A stretch of DNA of 64,000 bases, taken from NCBI RefSeq assembly GCF_008831285.2, contig NC_045138.2:28396001-28460000 (forward strand), read 5' to 3'. Of the stretch, positions 1-15,218 are shown in pieces; the stretch's first letter is position 1, and every line of letters begins with the position of its first letter. The notes under the pieces are model-generated. The model was not told the DNA's origin. It searched no databases and saw nothing but the letters and a program-made list of their open reading frames with translations. The stretch is from Nymphaea colorata. Lineage: Eukaryota. The position numbers were made by a program, and so were the translations under genes.

Positions 1-1033
1 ATGTACAGAGACTTGGATGCCTAGCTAGTGGGTGTGCAAATCTCCATGTTGGTTCACTATCAGAGTTCTGCAATTGGTGCCCGTGCCCATCAAATCCTTT
101 CTTGTGCGCGCCGTGGCTCAGCTCTGCAAGAAAGCATGTCTCTTGGTGGGCTCAAAAGACGCCAAATTTTTATCTTGTCAACTGCCAAAATACATAACTG
201 GTCCAGCCAATGTTGCCTAGCTCAACACCCACCACGGATTTGGATCATTGTAAAGCCAAGGACACTAAAATTGTCCTTGAAATTATTCCAAATAAGTACA
301 TATGAGATTTTTCATGAATACAACAGAACTTGAATGTCTTTATTAATGTCTCGAATGTTGGGAGTTCGATTATATGTAAGGTTAAATTTGTGAATGGTCC
401 TGTGTCGTGAATTACTGTAGGACCTGTCCGATAAATTTCACATCAAGTTCAGAGGGACTGTTCGTTTGCATTTGCAGTTGAAGAAGAAATATTGAAACAA
501 TAATCAAATCTAAGAGGTTAGCTGCTGCATTTAATCTTGCTGCAAAAATCAGTATATATAGTTCTCAAGAAAGTGATCTTTTTTGGTAATTTGAGAAAGG
601 CAAAAGTGCATTGGGCTGAGCTTTCTCGCTTCTCTATACAACATTAAGTATATAATTTTTTAGTGCATGCTATCCGAGTAAAGGGTTGTCGTTTTCTGAA
701 ATCAATAAGTTGAGACATGAAATTTTAAAGAAAAGGAAAAAGAATTCAGGTGGTCAGTGATCATGCTGCCGAGAAGGTTTCCAGATCACAAGAATCCGAA
801 AAGACAGAGAGCAAAGCCTCACGGGTACAGAAAAACAAAAGACTGTGCTTGTAGCCTGTGAACCCGCATGAGGTCACAATCAAACCCGTGATCATACCCC
901 CATCATTCCATCCGCTTCTAGAGAGAGAGAAACAACTTTAAATAGAATCTAAATCCAACAACCTTCCCTCTGCCTTCTTCCAACTCCCACCAGCTTTTTC
1001 TCTCGGCTCCTCTCTCCTTCTCTCTCTAGAGAA

Positions 1034-4000
1034 ATGCCGGGTGCCCATCAAATTCTCTTCATTCTAATCCTCTCATTGTTGGTGAACTCAGGCCTCACAC
1101 TCCCACACAGTAAGGGCCTTCGACCCATCCCCCGTCACCAACAGCCGGCTACCCCACAGGGGATGCCGTCTCCTGCCACAAGGAACCAACAGATAGAGGA
1201 GCAATTCATGATGTGGGTAAGGTGGATGGACACTCTAAACCACTCCCTCTTTGAGACCGCCATGAACAAGGTATACCCTTCCTTCGTGCTCACTGTCGAC
1301 AAGAACCCCGCCGCCGGGGACTTTAGGACGATACAGGCCGCCATCGACTCCTTACCCATCATTAATTCAGTTAGAGTAATCATCAAAGTGAATGCAGGGA
1401 TCTACAAGTAAGCATCAAGTACCAACACACTCTCTACTGCTTGTATTTGGTATTTTCATTGAGCTAATTCAGTTCTGTGGTAGAGGGTGACTGTGACTCG
1501 GACAGTCTGCATGTGACATTGTGACATGGGTTGAAGTCTTGCAGGCAGAGCCACAGATTAGGACCAAACCACAGCTTCCCCTGCAGATGCACACTAAACT
1601 GACCTCCCAACTATTACCAAGTCATTTGCAAGTATCTTTAGATGTTAGAGATGGCGGAAGGTGAAACCAATAACTCTGGACTCAATCCTTAAGTATCATA
1701 CAGGTCAATTATGAGTAGTGAAGTGAAAGCCTGCCCATTGGCACTGAACTTCATCAGGACAAAACGCTGAGCATTTTTGGGACGTGTTTGATAAGGACAC
1801 AAACAGTGCATGCTCACCATGCTTTTTTGTTGTTTTTCAGTTTCTACTTCCCCTGATGCTTTGACCTTATGGCAGAAATTTTTTCAGACTGCAAGTTTTG
1901 AGCTTTAGGCCTCTTTCAACTTAAAAACGCGTAGAAGCTTTACTTCTAGACTGATCATCTCTTTGGCCGCATAATGGAGCTACAGTAGTGCATGTGGCCC
2001 CAATATAATTAAGCTTTTGTGATCATTTCAGGGAGAAGGTGAACATTCCTGCAACCAAGTCATTTATCACCATAGAAGGAGCAGGTGCGGACAAGACGGT
2101 GGTGGAATGGGGTGACACGGCTCAGACACTGGGGTCAAATGGGCATCCCATTGGAACCTTCAACTCTGCAACTTTTGCTGTGAATTCTCCCTACTTTGTA
2201 GCCAAAAATATTACTTTTAAGGTGAGTGCTACATCTCATCACTAATTCTACATATTAGATATGGGTTCTATACTGGAACTTAAAGGCTCGATGCTCTTAA
2301 AAGGTTGGAAAGTGGCCATCAGGGAGCTCATAAATGGGCGGTCACAAATTGATCAGCCAAATGCATGGGAAATCTGCAGACCAAAACTTGATATATTGCG
2401 CCTGGAAATGAAAATGCTATCTTATACACTACCAGCTCAACGTCTTCCGTTTTGTAGAGTAGTCTCATCACTGCAGTTACTATTCTGGCAGTTCCAGATG
2501 TATGGTCCATGTTACTGGGTGACTCAATCATGGAATAACCAGGTCCCAATTCTTACCCTGCCATACCCATAAGCAATTTCAATATTAAGTTTGCAGAGTG
2601 CTCTCGTTATAAAAGAAAGGCCAATATTCTAACGCCAGTGTGATATATTTTACTGCAAATTTCGAAGTGGGCCAGTTCGTTTTGACGTTCATCTGCTTTC
2701 TCTCATTTGCTAATTACTTAAGATGGTCTTGCATGAACCCGTTCTCCTTGAGGAGCACTCTCCAACAAAAGCAAGAGAATGATTCTTAATTGCAGAGAGA
2801 GAAGGCCCTTGGAAGATGGTGGAACTACGTATCCTCTACCATCACCAAATAGGGGGGAAAAAAGAAGCATATCTGCGCGTGCCTCTTCTTGATCTTCTTT
2901 AGGAAGCAACGCATACTGCGTTTGGTGACTAGTTCGAGTGCAGTCTATTGTTTAAAACAGAGAAAACCAATAAATTCTTGTTCTGATTAATGAATCGCAT
3001 ATTTTAGAAAGGTTAGGTATCGTTGAGTTTCGTGGCAAAAGCCTTTTTATAGAATTTGTGAAATTTCATTATTATATTTTTGTATCCGTCTTTTCCTAAT
3101 CATGTCCTTTCAAGTTTCAACCCACTTAAGCATTCTTCTTTTACTCCCTTTTCTAGGCAAAGGTTGTGGTTCTAGGGCATTAAAAGACAAGGACGAGAAG
3201 AGATTTCATTGTGGTCCTTTCACTTTGTAGTCTCTTTGCTTCCAGCGCTTCAGTGAAGTGATTCCCTCTTCTTTAAAGGACAAGACCCTCTGCCATCCTC
3301 TTTGAAGTTGGTGGGGTCAGTATCTTTATGTGTCTTTACATTATGATCGACCATGTAATCGTCTTTTGTGTCTTTGTGTATCTTTTTAGCCCACCGCCCC
3401 TTCAGAGTGTAGGTTTTAGTACCTGTTCCAAACAGTAGACTTCACAGTGCTGGCATGAAAACCGTATTTTCTGAAAAGCTTTGTTTGCAATGGTTTCCAC
3501 CGCAGCCTTTTCTCAAGCTCGTTTCTTTTTGTTCCCCAAAAAACTTGAAATCAACCTTCTGCTTTTCTGTAAACAAGGCAAGTTAATCGTTCATTTTGAA
3601 TAATTAGAGTCATTAAAGCTGCCATGGAAAGAACAGATTCTGCCTTCGATTCAAGGACTAGGTTGAACACAGATAAAAAGATAGCATGATTTTGGAGTAG
3701 ATTGGAAAAAGTAAAGCTAATTATAGTTGCATAATGAACTCAGTTAAAACAGGAAGAAGAATAAAAGCCAGAGAGGGATCAACAGTTGACAAATTCGAAA
3801 ACAAAGATGAATCTAAGCACTCGGTCAGATTAATTGTTTTTCTGGCATTTAACGGAGGCTAACCGGAGCGCCGGAATGTGAATTTGGCAGAACACGACGC
3901 CGGTTCCGCCACCAGGAGCGGTAGGCAAGCAGGCAGTGGCATTGAGGATCTCGGGGGATACAGCTGCATTTGTGGGCTGCAAGTTTCTGGGTGGGCAAGA

Positions 4001-6069
4001 CACACTGTATGATCACTTGGGCAGGCACTACTATAAGGACTGCTACATTGAGGGATCTGTTGATTTCATCTTTGGCAATGGCCTGTCTCTCTTTGAGGTA
4101 CTGACCAATTGCTTCTCTCTCCCCTATAATTGTTACTTAAATCATGCTTAAGAAAAGGTAAAGTTATAGAGACACCAGCCGCAAAAATGTGAATTTTATG
4201 TGAAATACTGTTTATCTGAAGATACTCCTTTTATTATCGAAGATACAAATGGTCTTTTAGATATATTTTAGTTTTTGCACTCTTGGTCCGTTTGTTGTAA
4301 TTTCCCACATACTAAGTGCTTGTTTGTAAAACCTCAAAAGTTGAGTGGCTTTTGTAAATTTTCTAAAAGAAAGAGGAAAGAGGTCTTGTTTGGTTTTATT
4401 TCTTTTGGTTTTTTAATTGAGAAGCCGGAAGATCGGTGATTTTCATGTACTTTTTAGCCCGTGAAGTCTTAGTACGTTTCCTGTTCTGGGGGGATGAGAA
4501 AACCAGTGACCAAGAAATCCACAGGCTGTAGGGAAGGGTGGATGGTTTTCATGAGAAAACACATTCTTGGACAACTTTTTTACTGAAATTCTCAATGGAG
4601 ATTAAAATGGAATTCGTGGTTGAGATCCATACATGATCCCTTTCTGAACTTTTGGCTTAGTCTCAATGAAAATCTGAGCCATGAAGTATCTTGAACAACA
4701 GTAAGGCCCTCTTGTAAAAATATCGAGAAATACATACGACAGTAAAAGAAAATAGATCACTCTATCTTTTCCCTCTTCAGTTCTCTCTCTCTCTCTCTTC
4801 TAATTTACAGAAAGGAAGTAGTAGTGGTCTTCTTTATGCATCGGAAAGGATACAGAGAGAGAAATAAAAAGCTACTAAGCTCCTCTTTTCTGCCACTTCT
4901 TTCCTCCTTTTATGTAGTTTCTTTTGAGCCTTTGACAAGCTTCTTTTTCAACAGAAAAAGTTACCCTTTCAACCATTCTTTTTGGACTGGGGGCAAAATA
5001 AAGAGCCTTTCTTGCATGATCTCAGATTTTATATTGTCTGCCAACAGTCTTTTCATCTCAACCTGATTAGCATGAAACAAAATAAGGGTCTGCATAAAGA
5101 ACACTTCTAGTCAAAGAACCAAAAACTCACTTGCATAATTGGCTTAAACTTTTTCAGTTTCAAAATTTTAACCTTTTCTTCATATTTGGGAAGACATTGT
5201 AGTTGTAGAATTTCAATAAACAAAAAGAGAAAGAGAGACATCAGAACTACCCATGATCTAAAATTGAACAGAAAGTTGAAGAAGCTAACTTTCTGATGTG
5301 CAGGGCTGCCATGTACATGCAATTGCTCAGAACTATGGAGCTCTCACAGCGCAGGACAGGATGAGCCTGCTCGATGACACAGGCTTCTCATTTGTGAACT
5401 GCAGGGTAACTGGTTCAGGTGTGGTTTTCCTTGGGAGGGCATGGGGCACCTTCTCTAGAGTCATCTTTGCCTACACTTACATGGACAATATCATCATCCC
5501 CCAAGGCTGGTATAATTGGGGTGATCCCAACAGAGAGATGTGAGTACCCCGCCTTATACTGCACCATTTAAGGATCTAAGCTGTTAAGGGCTTCATATAT
5601 TGTTTTCCAAACACATAAACCCTAATTCAGATCCAAGTATGAAAAATAAATTCTGAATATGAGGCCTGGTTATTCTAGTTGGATCTGGATTGGGGTTTGA
5701 TCAGTCTCGTTGTAGTAAATCTGGACCAGTGACCGGTCCAGATTGACTTTGAACTTGAAAATCTGATTGGGATTGCATAAAGCATGACCAATTTCAGGAT
5801 CTCCAATTGATCTTCCTGAACTTGGTAGCTTTTTCTTGTGACAAATAATTCACATGTTTTCCTAGTAGAGTCACATGGGTACTGATTTGTTTTCTTTTTT
5901 TCTTTTTGTTGGTTCCTGCAGGACTGTTTTCTATGGGCAATACAAGTGCCTGGGGCCGGGAGCAAACTATGCTGGCAGGGTTGCTTGGTCAAGAGAGTTG
6001 ACAGATGACGAGGCCAGACCATTCATCAATCTTAACTTTATTGATGGCACAGAGTGGATCAAGATCTGA
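1034..6069 (+). CDS. PME53: Pectin methylesterase (pectinesterase) without a PMEI pro-domain, PME53-like; 5 exons
   Basis: Exons 1034-1407, 2032-2221, 3891-4097, 5304-5539 and 5922-6069 join in frame across GT-AG introns. Signal-peptide-like N-terminus. PME motifs [70 protein letters not shown]. The PME53 orthology is recalled, not tested. Confidence 0.93.
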
Positions 6070-9000
6070 TCTTCAGTTTAGCTAGGCTCACACATTGTAA
6101 ATTGGTGCCAAATTCAACAACATCCCATTGTCCATGACCTTAATTCATGAATCATTGATAGAGAAAGATTTGGATTTTTAACTTTGTGAGCTCTCTCTTT
6201 CTCTCTCTCCTTATCACAAACAGTAAGTGCTATGTTGAAGATCAGATGGATCGACTTTTATGAGCCTTGTCCCTCGCCAGATGGTTGGGCCGGTGGCTGT
6301 GAGAGACCAGTCTCTGGTTCTTATGAGTTCCTAGCATAAGCCTAAATATGCATAGGCCTAGAAGTAAGGGCTCAGCGGCTGGCAGGTGAGTAATAGAGTC
6401 CGGCACTAGGTGCGGTTTTTTAGAGTTAGAAACCGAAAAGGAAAAAAAAAAAAAAAAAGCATCAGGGTCCTTTGAAAACAGAGCTCACCCGTCTAGGTTC
6501 GGTCCAGAAATTTAGACCTAAAGCGAGTCGCCAAATTCTCAAAGGAGGATCCAATCAATTAATTTATATCTAAATTTTAAAAAATTTCACTTGTTCTATA
6601 TAAAAATTTTGAAAAATGATAGTAAAAAATTAAAAACTTTCATTTGGCCCCTCATAAAAGTTTTTAGCTCCACCTTGAATCCTATATTAATTCCATGGGA
6701 CTAACTTGCATAACAGTGTACTGCTAATTTGAAAAGAAGAGCAAGTATGCCTTGTCCTATATTAGCACAAGTAAGTTCCTTCCAAATTCTAAGCAGACAA
6801 GACCTTTCAATGACGTCAAAATGAAAAGGAAGACATGGAACTCTCACTTGTCAATAAATAAGATCTACGACACAGCGGGTACTTCATTGACTCCCCATCC
6901 CAAGCCCATAACGACCGACGTTCGAATTTTCAAATTTTCCAGTCATTTTTCTCAAATTTTTAGTCGAAAACCCAAAAAATTACCCACCCCCAAGTAAATA
7001 GTTTTCTTTTATAAATTTTCCTTTGAAATCAGTTGGCCAAAAGAACAGCTCAAACAGGCGAGTTGGGGAGTTATGTTTTTGTATCAGAAGAGGGGGATAC
7101 CGACACAGCTTTTGATCTTGAAGACAAAAAAAAAAAAAGTTAATGATCATTGGAATGGAACTTAACAATCTAATATAAAAAAAAATCAGGTAAACTCCAT
7201 TAAATATTAAAAAAAAGTAGAAGAAATTTATCACAGTAACGATCTTATTCCTCCTGTTTGCATGTTGACACGCGATTGGGAGGGACAACTGTTAGAATCA
7301 AAGAACTATGTCTCCTGGCGTTGAATTGGTTGCACAAATTTGAATCAACCTGACTGGAATAGTGTGTCTCGGTCTCCTCAGTTTGATTTTGAAGCGTCAG
7401 GGAGTCCAGTGGCAGGTGACATGAATCCACTACAAATTTATGGAGTCCGTAGCCGCATTAAGTAGATAACGATAGAAAGATTCTATTCTAGTCTACCTTT
7501 CCAAATCGCAATAATAATAATAAAAGAAAATAAATAGCCTCAGATAGGTGCTTGCTTTTTCAATGGTGAATAACTTTCAAAATGTATCACAAATTTCTAA
7601 AAAATGTTAATGCGCCATTGCTCCTTTTTTTTCGTCTTGGAATTTTGCAACTTATTGTTTAAAGTGTAAACTGACACTACCAACCCACTAAATTGTGCTA
7701 AGTGGGCTCTGCGGCAATGAAGTTGGGCTAAACGAAACGCTTATCGAACTTGTTCGAGAAAGATCGATAGTTCAAGTAGTAGTGGGCTTTTGATGGCATG
7801 AGAAGAATTTGAAGCAAACTTTTCTCCGGCTTATGAAGATTGAAGCACTTCATTAAAGAAAGAAGTTAAGGTCTCAGGAGTCAGGACTGAGTTTAATATT
7901 TTTTAGAAAATTTCACTTGCTAAGTTGTAAAGTGGGTGAAACATTTCCTAAAAAGGAAAAAAAAAAGGTCACCTTGTTTACCATTTGCTTCTCATTTTAG
8001 TTGAAGAAAGACATATTTTTGTACCAATAGTATGTCTTTATTAATTTTCATAGCCTTGGTGCAGTAGTCATAGTCAAAATTTTTACAACGGCCTCAAAAG
8101 TCATCGAGGGATTGGGTTAATGGTCAGAACGGGGATTGGTAAGCAGTCAGTTTTCGTATTATCGAAATACCAAAAGTAGGTCATGTACCCTTACAAGAAC
8201 AAAGGGCTGGGTGGGAGATTCGACTCACCTTTGGGCGGTAAGATGAAATATTTTTCATGCTTCCCCAAAAAAAAACTGCTTTGAAGCCCCACAAGGACGT
8301 ATCATCGCTAGTCAGAACTGTTGCTATTCATAAAATCTTGTGCAGTTTGATTATTGTGAATGTGATGCCTTTGTACTCATAAGTGGGACCATTGTACTAA
8401 TTGGCGGGCATCGGATCCATGCTACCCAAAAGCACAATCATGGGTCTTGCGGGTAAGCTGAGGACAAGGTTTCGACTTTCATCTCGGAGGTACGATGAAA
8501 TACCCCTCTTATTCACCATCAAAAAGAGCTATACATGCATCAGATAAGTTAATCAAACCTTAATTTGCTTTCATAATGCAAAAATGCACAAAAACAACAT
8601 GCATGTGGCATGCCATTTCAGGATTGCAATGCTCTCATATTGGCATTCAACACAAATATCATAAATGGTAGAAGATTTGAGCCTGGACAACCAACACGCA
8701 CTACAAGCCAACTGGATGCCCTAGTAACTAGGAAAACCAGGATTCCATTTATAGGTACCGCTGCTTTAAATACTACAATTTTAAATGAAGTTTCGATACC
8801 AACTAAAGAAATTTCTTTATCGCGTTTTATTCCGCACTGCCATCTTCACCAGATATCCCTACTATTTCTCCAGCTGAAGCATTGGGAAATTGCACCTGTA
8901 TTTATTTTCACTGAAAATTGTTTATTACATTTAATTTTCTCTGGACATCATCTATTCCCCACAATTGACATTTACAACATGGCCATAAAAGGACTGCCAC

Positions 9001-9120
9001 GATAGCGGTTAAGTGCTGTTTGAGGCTGCAGAAACAGTTTCTCTATTTTTACGGACCATTTTATGTCATGTCATAGAGTCATGCCATTCAGGTTATGTTT
9101 TTAGAGTTTGTTTGTTTGTG

Positions 9121-9156
<36 letters not shown>

Positions 9157-9524
9157 GAGAGAGATTGAAATCCCCCAAATGCCTTGAGCTCTGTTATTCT
9201 ATACATTATGTTGGTGTGATTAAGAACATTGCTTGATAGATTGAGAGGCCCGAGGATTTTTTCATCAAACTTAGATGGATATATATATATATATATATAT
9301 AAATAGCTACTAGAACCTCATTATCTAGGTTATTGATCACAAGAAAATCGTAGGATGGGAATAAATTGTAGATATAAAAATAAAACTATTTTTCAAGAGT
9401 CTGAAATATACCCTAAAATAGAAATTGGGTTATGTTAAGAAAAACCATTTTTTTCCCTCTTCTTTTTTTATTCTCCTAATTTGATAGGTATTTCCAACTT
9501 TTACAAATGTAGTTTTACTTTTAT

Positions 9525-9624
9525 ATTTGCAGCTTAATTTCCACAATCTTTGAAATCAATGACTTCATCTCTCCCATTTGCAGCTTAATTTCCACAATCT
9601 TTGAAATCAATGACTTCATCTCTC
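9525..9624. repeat. Direct tandem duplication, period 51 bp
   Basis: ATTTGCAGCTTAATTTCCACAATCTTTGAAATCAATGACTTCATCTCTC occurs identically at 9525 and 9576. Confidence 0.9.
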
Positions 9625-12600
9625 GCATGTGAGAGTGTTTTTCCGTCGTCAAGTTATTTAGAAGAAGATGATGAGCTTTTCACGTGAAACCATGCCCGGC
9701 TAGCTTGAATGCGGACACTGCTGGGGGTAGCAAATGAGTCAGATCCTTTAATTGGTAATAGTGTTGACGAAAACCACCCTACCTTTAATTGGTACCAGTG
9801 TCGACTTGTCAAACTTTCCGGCACTGGATCTGATTCCGGCCGGCGCACCACCCAATGTGTTTATCTGTCTCTTTCGGAGCACTTTGCTTTCATAATTTTC
9901 AATAGTATTTCAGCAAAAAGAGCTTCCTATATCTCGGAAAACTGAAAAATGAAGAATAAAACTGTACTGCATCACTCTTGGCGGATCATTCTTGGGGAGA
10001 AGAAAGCGATCAGTCGATTAGTGGTTCTGCACCCTCATCTTTTTTCCTTGGAACAGTATACAAATTTATGCTTTAAATACCAGAAAAATACTGGAGCCAA
10101 ACCAATTAACACACATTTGAATATATTTTTTTCATTTTCGGTCGATCAGAAATATCTTTAGACGGATCACTGAATCACACTAATGATCTTGCGTACTGTG
10201 TCCTTTCATTTTCACTTCCTCTTCACCGATAAACAGCTTCAATTGCAATTTTTCATTTCAGTATGAAGTACGAACGGGAAGAAAACATAAATCGAGTTTG
10301 AATTCAAACGAAGTTATGACTATGCAACATTAACTGTATTTAAATAATCAAGAAATTGTCAACTCCGTAGCAAATTCAGTGCTACTAATTTTTTATGTGA
10401 AGCTCCCTCAGCTATTCACTCATGTTTTTTCAACTTTGCTACAATAAATGAACTACCATCGAATTTATTGTGTAACGTTACGTTAAATTCTTTTTTATGT
10501 TCGAAACTCAGATTAAGTGAGCGCTCCACTTTCTGCAGAAACAGAACCTCGTATTTCTTGAATAAAATATTGTTTCAAAAAAATATATATTCTATTTTGC
10601 ATGACACTGTATTGTCCCGTTCTTATTGGATCATGTTCTTTAAAAATTCCCGCTTCATTCCATGTTGGATGAAGGGGAATTAAGTATTCGAAATCGCGTT
10701 TTGAATTTGGTAAATCGGCTACAGTAACCTATTATTTGGATAAAAACAGTACTGTAAAAAATGTGGCAGCCTACGCTTGTCTGCAGTAAACAGTAATCTT
10801 TCCCCTAAAATTCAGGCAAGGAGGTGGTCCCTGTTAATTCAAATGGGGAGCCATTGATTATTATAAGTGAATGTTGTGTTCCTATTTCTTGATGCCAATC
10901 AACAAAACCATGGCTGTTTTAGAGAGAGAGAGAAGAACAGAGATTTATGAATTGTGAAGCTTGGGTGCTTCTTGTCATGTTTTTTTTTTTTTAGATGTGT
11001 TTGAATAAGGGTGAGTGGTTCATTTCACACCCCTGAGAGAGGCCACCGCCCCCTCCCCTTTTGTCTGCCTCCCTTGTTTTATACAGCATGTTTTGGGACT
11101 CGCAGTGACCACTATAAGATTCAAACACTAGTCTTTAGAAGAGCCGTTGCTTCCATGAAAGCAAGTAATTATTCAAGACACATTAAGAAAGTTCTTCAAG
11201 TTGGTTGTTTATGAACCCATGATGTATTTGGATCATGCAACTCGATTCGACGAGGGAACCATAAAGATTCGAGACAATTAATCGGTAGCTGCAGATCTTA
11301 TCTTGACATGTGCGCATCCTCCAAGTGAGTAGGGTCTCCACTGCTATGGAGAAGTCCGATGCCTTACCCAACCTCTTCTCCACGTAAGGTACATGGCCTA
11401 CTTTTAGTGTCTGCTCACAATGCTTCAACTTGTGTGTCAGTGACCCCCTTTTTGAAGCGTAGAGTTTTGACGCTTTGAAGATTCGAAACAAAGATTGGCT
11501 GCCTAGAAGCTCCTACCCCGTTTGTTGCGCCAACCCCTCTTTTTGAATATCTTGATATATTTTTTAATTAAAAATCAGATCTGTTACTCGTTTTATGTAG
11601 TCAGCATTGGTCCCCAATAAAATAACATAGAGGAGAGTTGAAGTTGGCGTTGCGAAGAACTCTTAGTAGAGTCTCAATATTGCAGGTCCAGGAGCAGTTG
11701 GTACACCACCGGCTTGGCCATTATCCGGTGTGAGATTCAAATTCAAATCCAATTAGTCAACCTGTTTAGTACTCAAATTTGAATTTCGCAGCTTGTTCTT
11801 TTATTTCCCGGATCCAATCCGACAGCTTCTCAGTCAGACAGATACTGAGTCTAATAAATGTGAATTTGAATCCAACTTGCCGTTTTGTGCATCTAAATGC
11901 AAACCTTCCTAAACTTCTTGGTCAGAATATACATCCGGCCCCAACCCGACCCATTTACATCTCATGAGAATAGAACTGATTCTTTAATTAAAATTTGGTT
12001 CTATCTGATGCTTTGCAATTAATAAGTTGAGCAACAAAAGTTAGCTAGGTCAGTTATAGATAGCTTAGGCCCTAAGGACTGAGCTAGGTCCAACTTAGAC
12101 CAATCATTAGGTGGCGGAGACATGGATTTTACCAAAATAACAAAAGTTTTAAATGACCATGGAAGATGGTGGCACCCCTTTGCCTTTTCACATTAAATAT
12201 TAGCCACCAAAAGTGTTGGTGGAGTACACAAGGGCATCCATACAAAACCCCAAATCCACACCCAAAAGGCTAACATCATGGCCTTTTCTAAATGTTTGTT
12301 CTTTCTCCAAGAAATGGTTCATATTGTATGTTGGGTGAGCAGGAGGATTACGGGCAAGAGCAGAAGCCCTTCTTACTTACCGTCACCTTCAGGGTCCAAA
12401 GCTTTGTTGGAATCAAATAGTGAGATATCTACGTGCTTCAACTGCAGAAACTCATAGTGCCAAGAAGGACCGCTTCCACAAACATGTGAGAAAGTGGAAC
12501 TTTCTTAGGTTTATGAGAAAAACCACTTTATGTAAGTGTGTGCCAAGGTTGAGAAAGTGCAGCCTGGGAAAGTTGTTGCAAGTTGAGAGGTTTCATATAA

Positions 12601-13153
12601 AGTTACCCGAAAAGGTGGGTGATGGGTCTCAGCGAACTTGTTTGCTCTAATTATCCAAAAAATCAAAAGTTCTTACACTTACTTTCTCATAATTGGTGGT
12701 ATGATATATGATGTTCATAGAAGATGTGGTATCTTGCATATGTTATGCTCTTGCCAGATTATATAATTTTTTAGAGCTGGACAAGGAAATCGCCGAGATC
12801 TTGGGAAAAAATTAAAAAAAAAAAAAACTAGTGATCAAAAGGTTCAAGACTATGATCTTGATGAATTGTGGTTAACTGACGAAAGTGCTAATCTATGTTT
12901 CAGTTGGAAAACTATGATAAGCCATTGCCTATCTTGGTTTCGCAGCCAGCAACAATCGTGACTTATTATTTTCTTCCAAATTCTGATCATTGAGTTGAAA
13001 GGCTCTTGTGAGCTACAAGGATACAATTCACTTACGATCAAACCCTCTTGATGCTTAATTAGTGACAGAGAAGAAGCACAAGAGCTCATGAAATTGAACA
13101 AAGAAACGGGAAATAAGACAAATTTTTACAAAGAAGGACCGTTTATTGCCTTG

Positions 13154-15218
13154 TCACCAGCGAGTTTGAAGGGAGACCAGGTAGTCTCTATCTAAGCCCC
13201 AGCATGGGCTTGGCTCGGTAGACCGATCAAGCCGATTCACTACAGTGTTCTTGAAACTGAATGGTTCTGCGGCCTGGGAGGAAGATCTCTGCATTCTGAC
13301 GCCACTCAAGCTTGCTCGGGCTTCAACTGCTTCTTGAAGAGACAGCCTCCTCTTCGTGAGCGGATCTGGCCGCTGCTTGGGAGCGCTCTGCGACCGGACC
13401 TTAGCTCGAGACGACTGAGTGTTGGCCATGTAGTTGGGGCTGTTGCTGTATCGTCTTCTGACTCCATCCCCACAAACGCTCTTTGTTGGTGTGGATCTGA
13501 TGTCTTGCATGCTGGACTTGGAGAATCTAGGCGTGCTCTGTGCAGTGGAGAACCGGCACTCGTCGCCTGGTATGCTCCAATTGAGGGACCAACTATCCGG
13601 CACAGAAAGCCGGCCAGGAACGGGCATCAGTGGTGAGGAAGCAGGGATGATTGGAGGGTGATAGGAACATGCCTCGAAAGGCGGGGAAAACGTGAATGAT
13701 TCGGAAGCTGACAAATTTCTCCGGCGAGGGCGGGATTTTGTCCGGAAAGTGTCGATCTCGACAATCTTTGGACTCTCCGGTCCATTTAGACCGTTCTCTA
13801 TCGAAGCAGAGATTCTCCTACTGTGGATGCTCGGCATGTTCTCGCTTCTTGTTTCATCAAATCTCTCCTGAAATTTGAAATTTGAGGGATAATTCATCAG
13901 TAGCAACATACCAACAAAGTATCATTAGTACATTTGATCTGCTAAATGGGTAGGGAACACAGAGCAACCCACTTATTCAACACTCAATTGTCACAACCAA
14001 AAGAAGAAGCAGATAACTCACCATTGATCGTCGAGGACAAGCTTCGTGGAGAAATTTGGGGTCCCTAATGTGGGAGGAGCGCGCTTGACGCAAACGCATT
14101 GTAGCTTGAGCTCGGAAGAGCGCCTGCATACTGTGAAGTGTCGCAGCAGCTTCTTTCCTGACCAGGTAGCCACGAACATGTGCCTGTAGCTTCACGAGGC
14201 CTTTCAAGGCTCTGAGTGCCTTCTTTGCCTGCCGTCACCAGCGTAGGAGACGTCAACAAAATCAAGCAAACGTGAATGACAACAGGAATGCATAAACAGC
14301 TGTCATCATCTTCACTAGTCAGGTCAACCTGGCTTAAGGTATAGTACCGTAACCACTAAAGCGGGAAGCAAAAATAGAAAAAGGTTTGTAACCAGAGGTG
14401 AGAAATAACAAGATTCCATTGTGCAAAACCAGCCATTGGTGTTCTTGCTAACAGAGGCTAAAGAAAGTCCCAGTAATCTTTGCCCCGAAGCCACTTAAAA
14501 ATTTTGAATTCAAATTGGTAATCAATATTTCAGAAATGATCTTATAAATAACCCTTGAAAGGCGATTTTATTCGGTCGTGATGATCAGTAAGGCCGACTG
14601 TTCAACGTTATATGAAGACACCACCGGCACACATAAGATTAGAGGACGGAAAACGGCAAAATTTTTTTGTACTGGCTAGAATTTTCCGGCGGAAAGGTTG
14701 GATATTTACCATGTCCTGTCCTGACCGTCCATTAGCGTAAAACCCCAGAGGAAGACCCCTTTTCGCAGTAGTAAAAAGAAGGTCAGAAACTAAATTGCAT
14801 GGTAACGATGCCTTCTTTGGCTTACCAGGTAACCACGAAACATGGTCTGGATTCTGATGGCTGCCCAGTGTTCGCGGCTAGTACCAGTAAACGCCGTATT
14901 CCGGCTGTGGCTGGTTAACCTGACTACCGCTGCAGCTGCCTGAGCAGCAGCTACAGCAGCATCAGCAGCAGCTGCAGTGGCAGCTGCTACTACTATGGCA
15001 TGCTTGCTCTGCTCCTTCTCTGCCTCCGTGAAGAACACATCACGGTAGGATTGAGCCCATCCCTCGGAGACAATGGGCACCGGCGGCACCGCCCCTGTCC
15101 CTTTACTAGAAGGCTTCCCAAAGCTCCACCTCCGCTTCTCTTTCCTGTCAGCCGTGCTCTTCTCCGTGTCCTTCTTCCCTCCCCATAGACTCCTCAGCCA
15201 CCTCGTTGCTCTTCCCAT
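13154..15218 (-). CDS. IQD: IQ67-domain (IQD/SUN family) calmodulin-binding protein with C-terminal DUF4005-type region; 3 coding exons
   Basis: Exons 15218-14826, 14228-14022 and 13867-13154, GT-AG, phase 0. Motifs [43 protein letters not shown]67 domain ([38 protein letters not shown]) split by the family's typical phase-0 intron, [32 protein letters not shown]. Confidence 0.93.
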
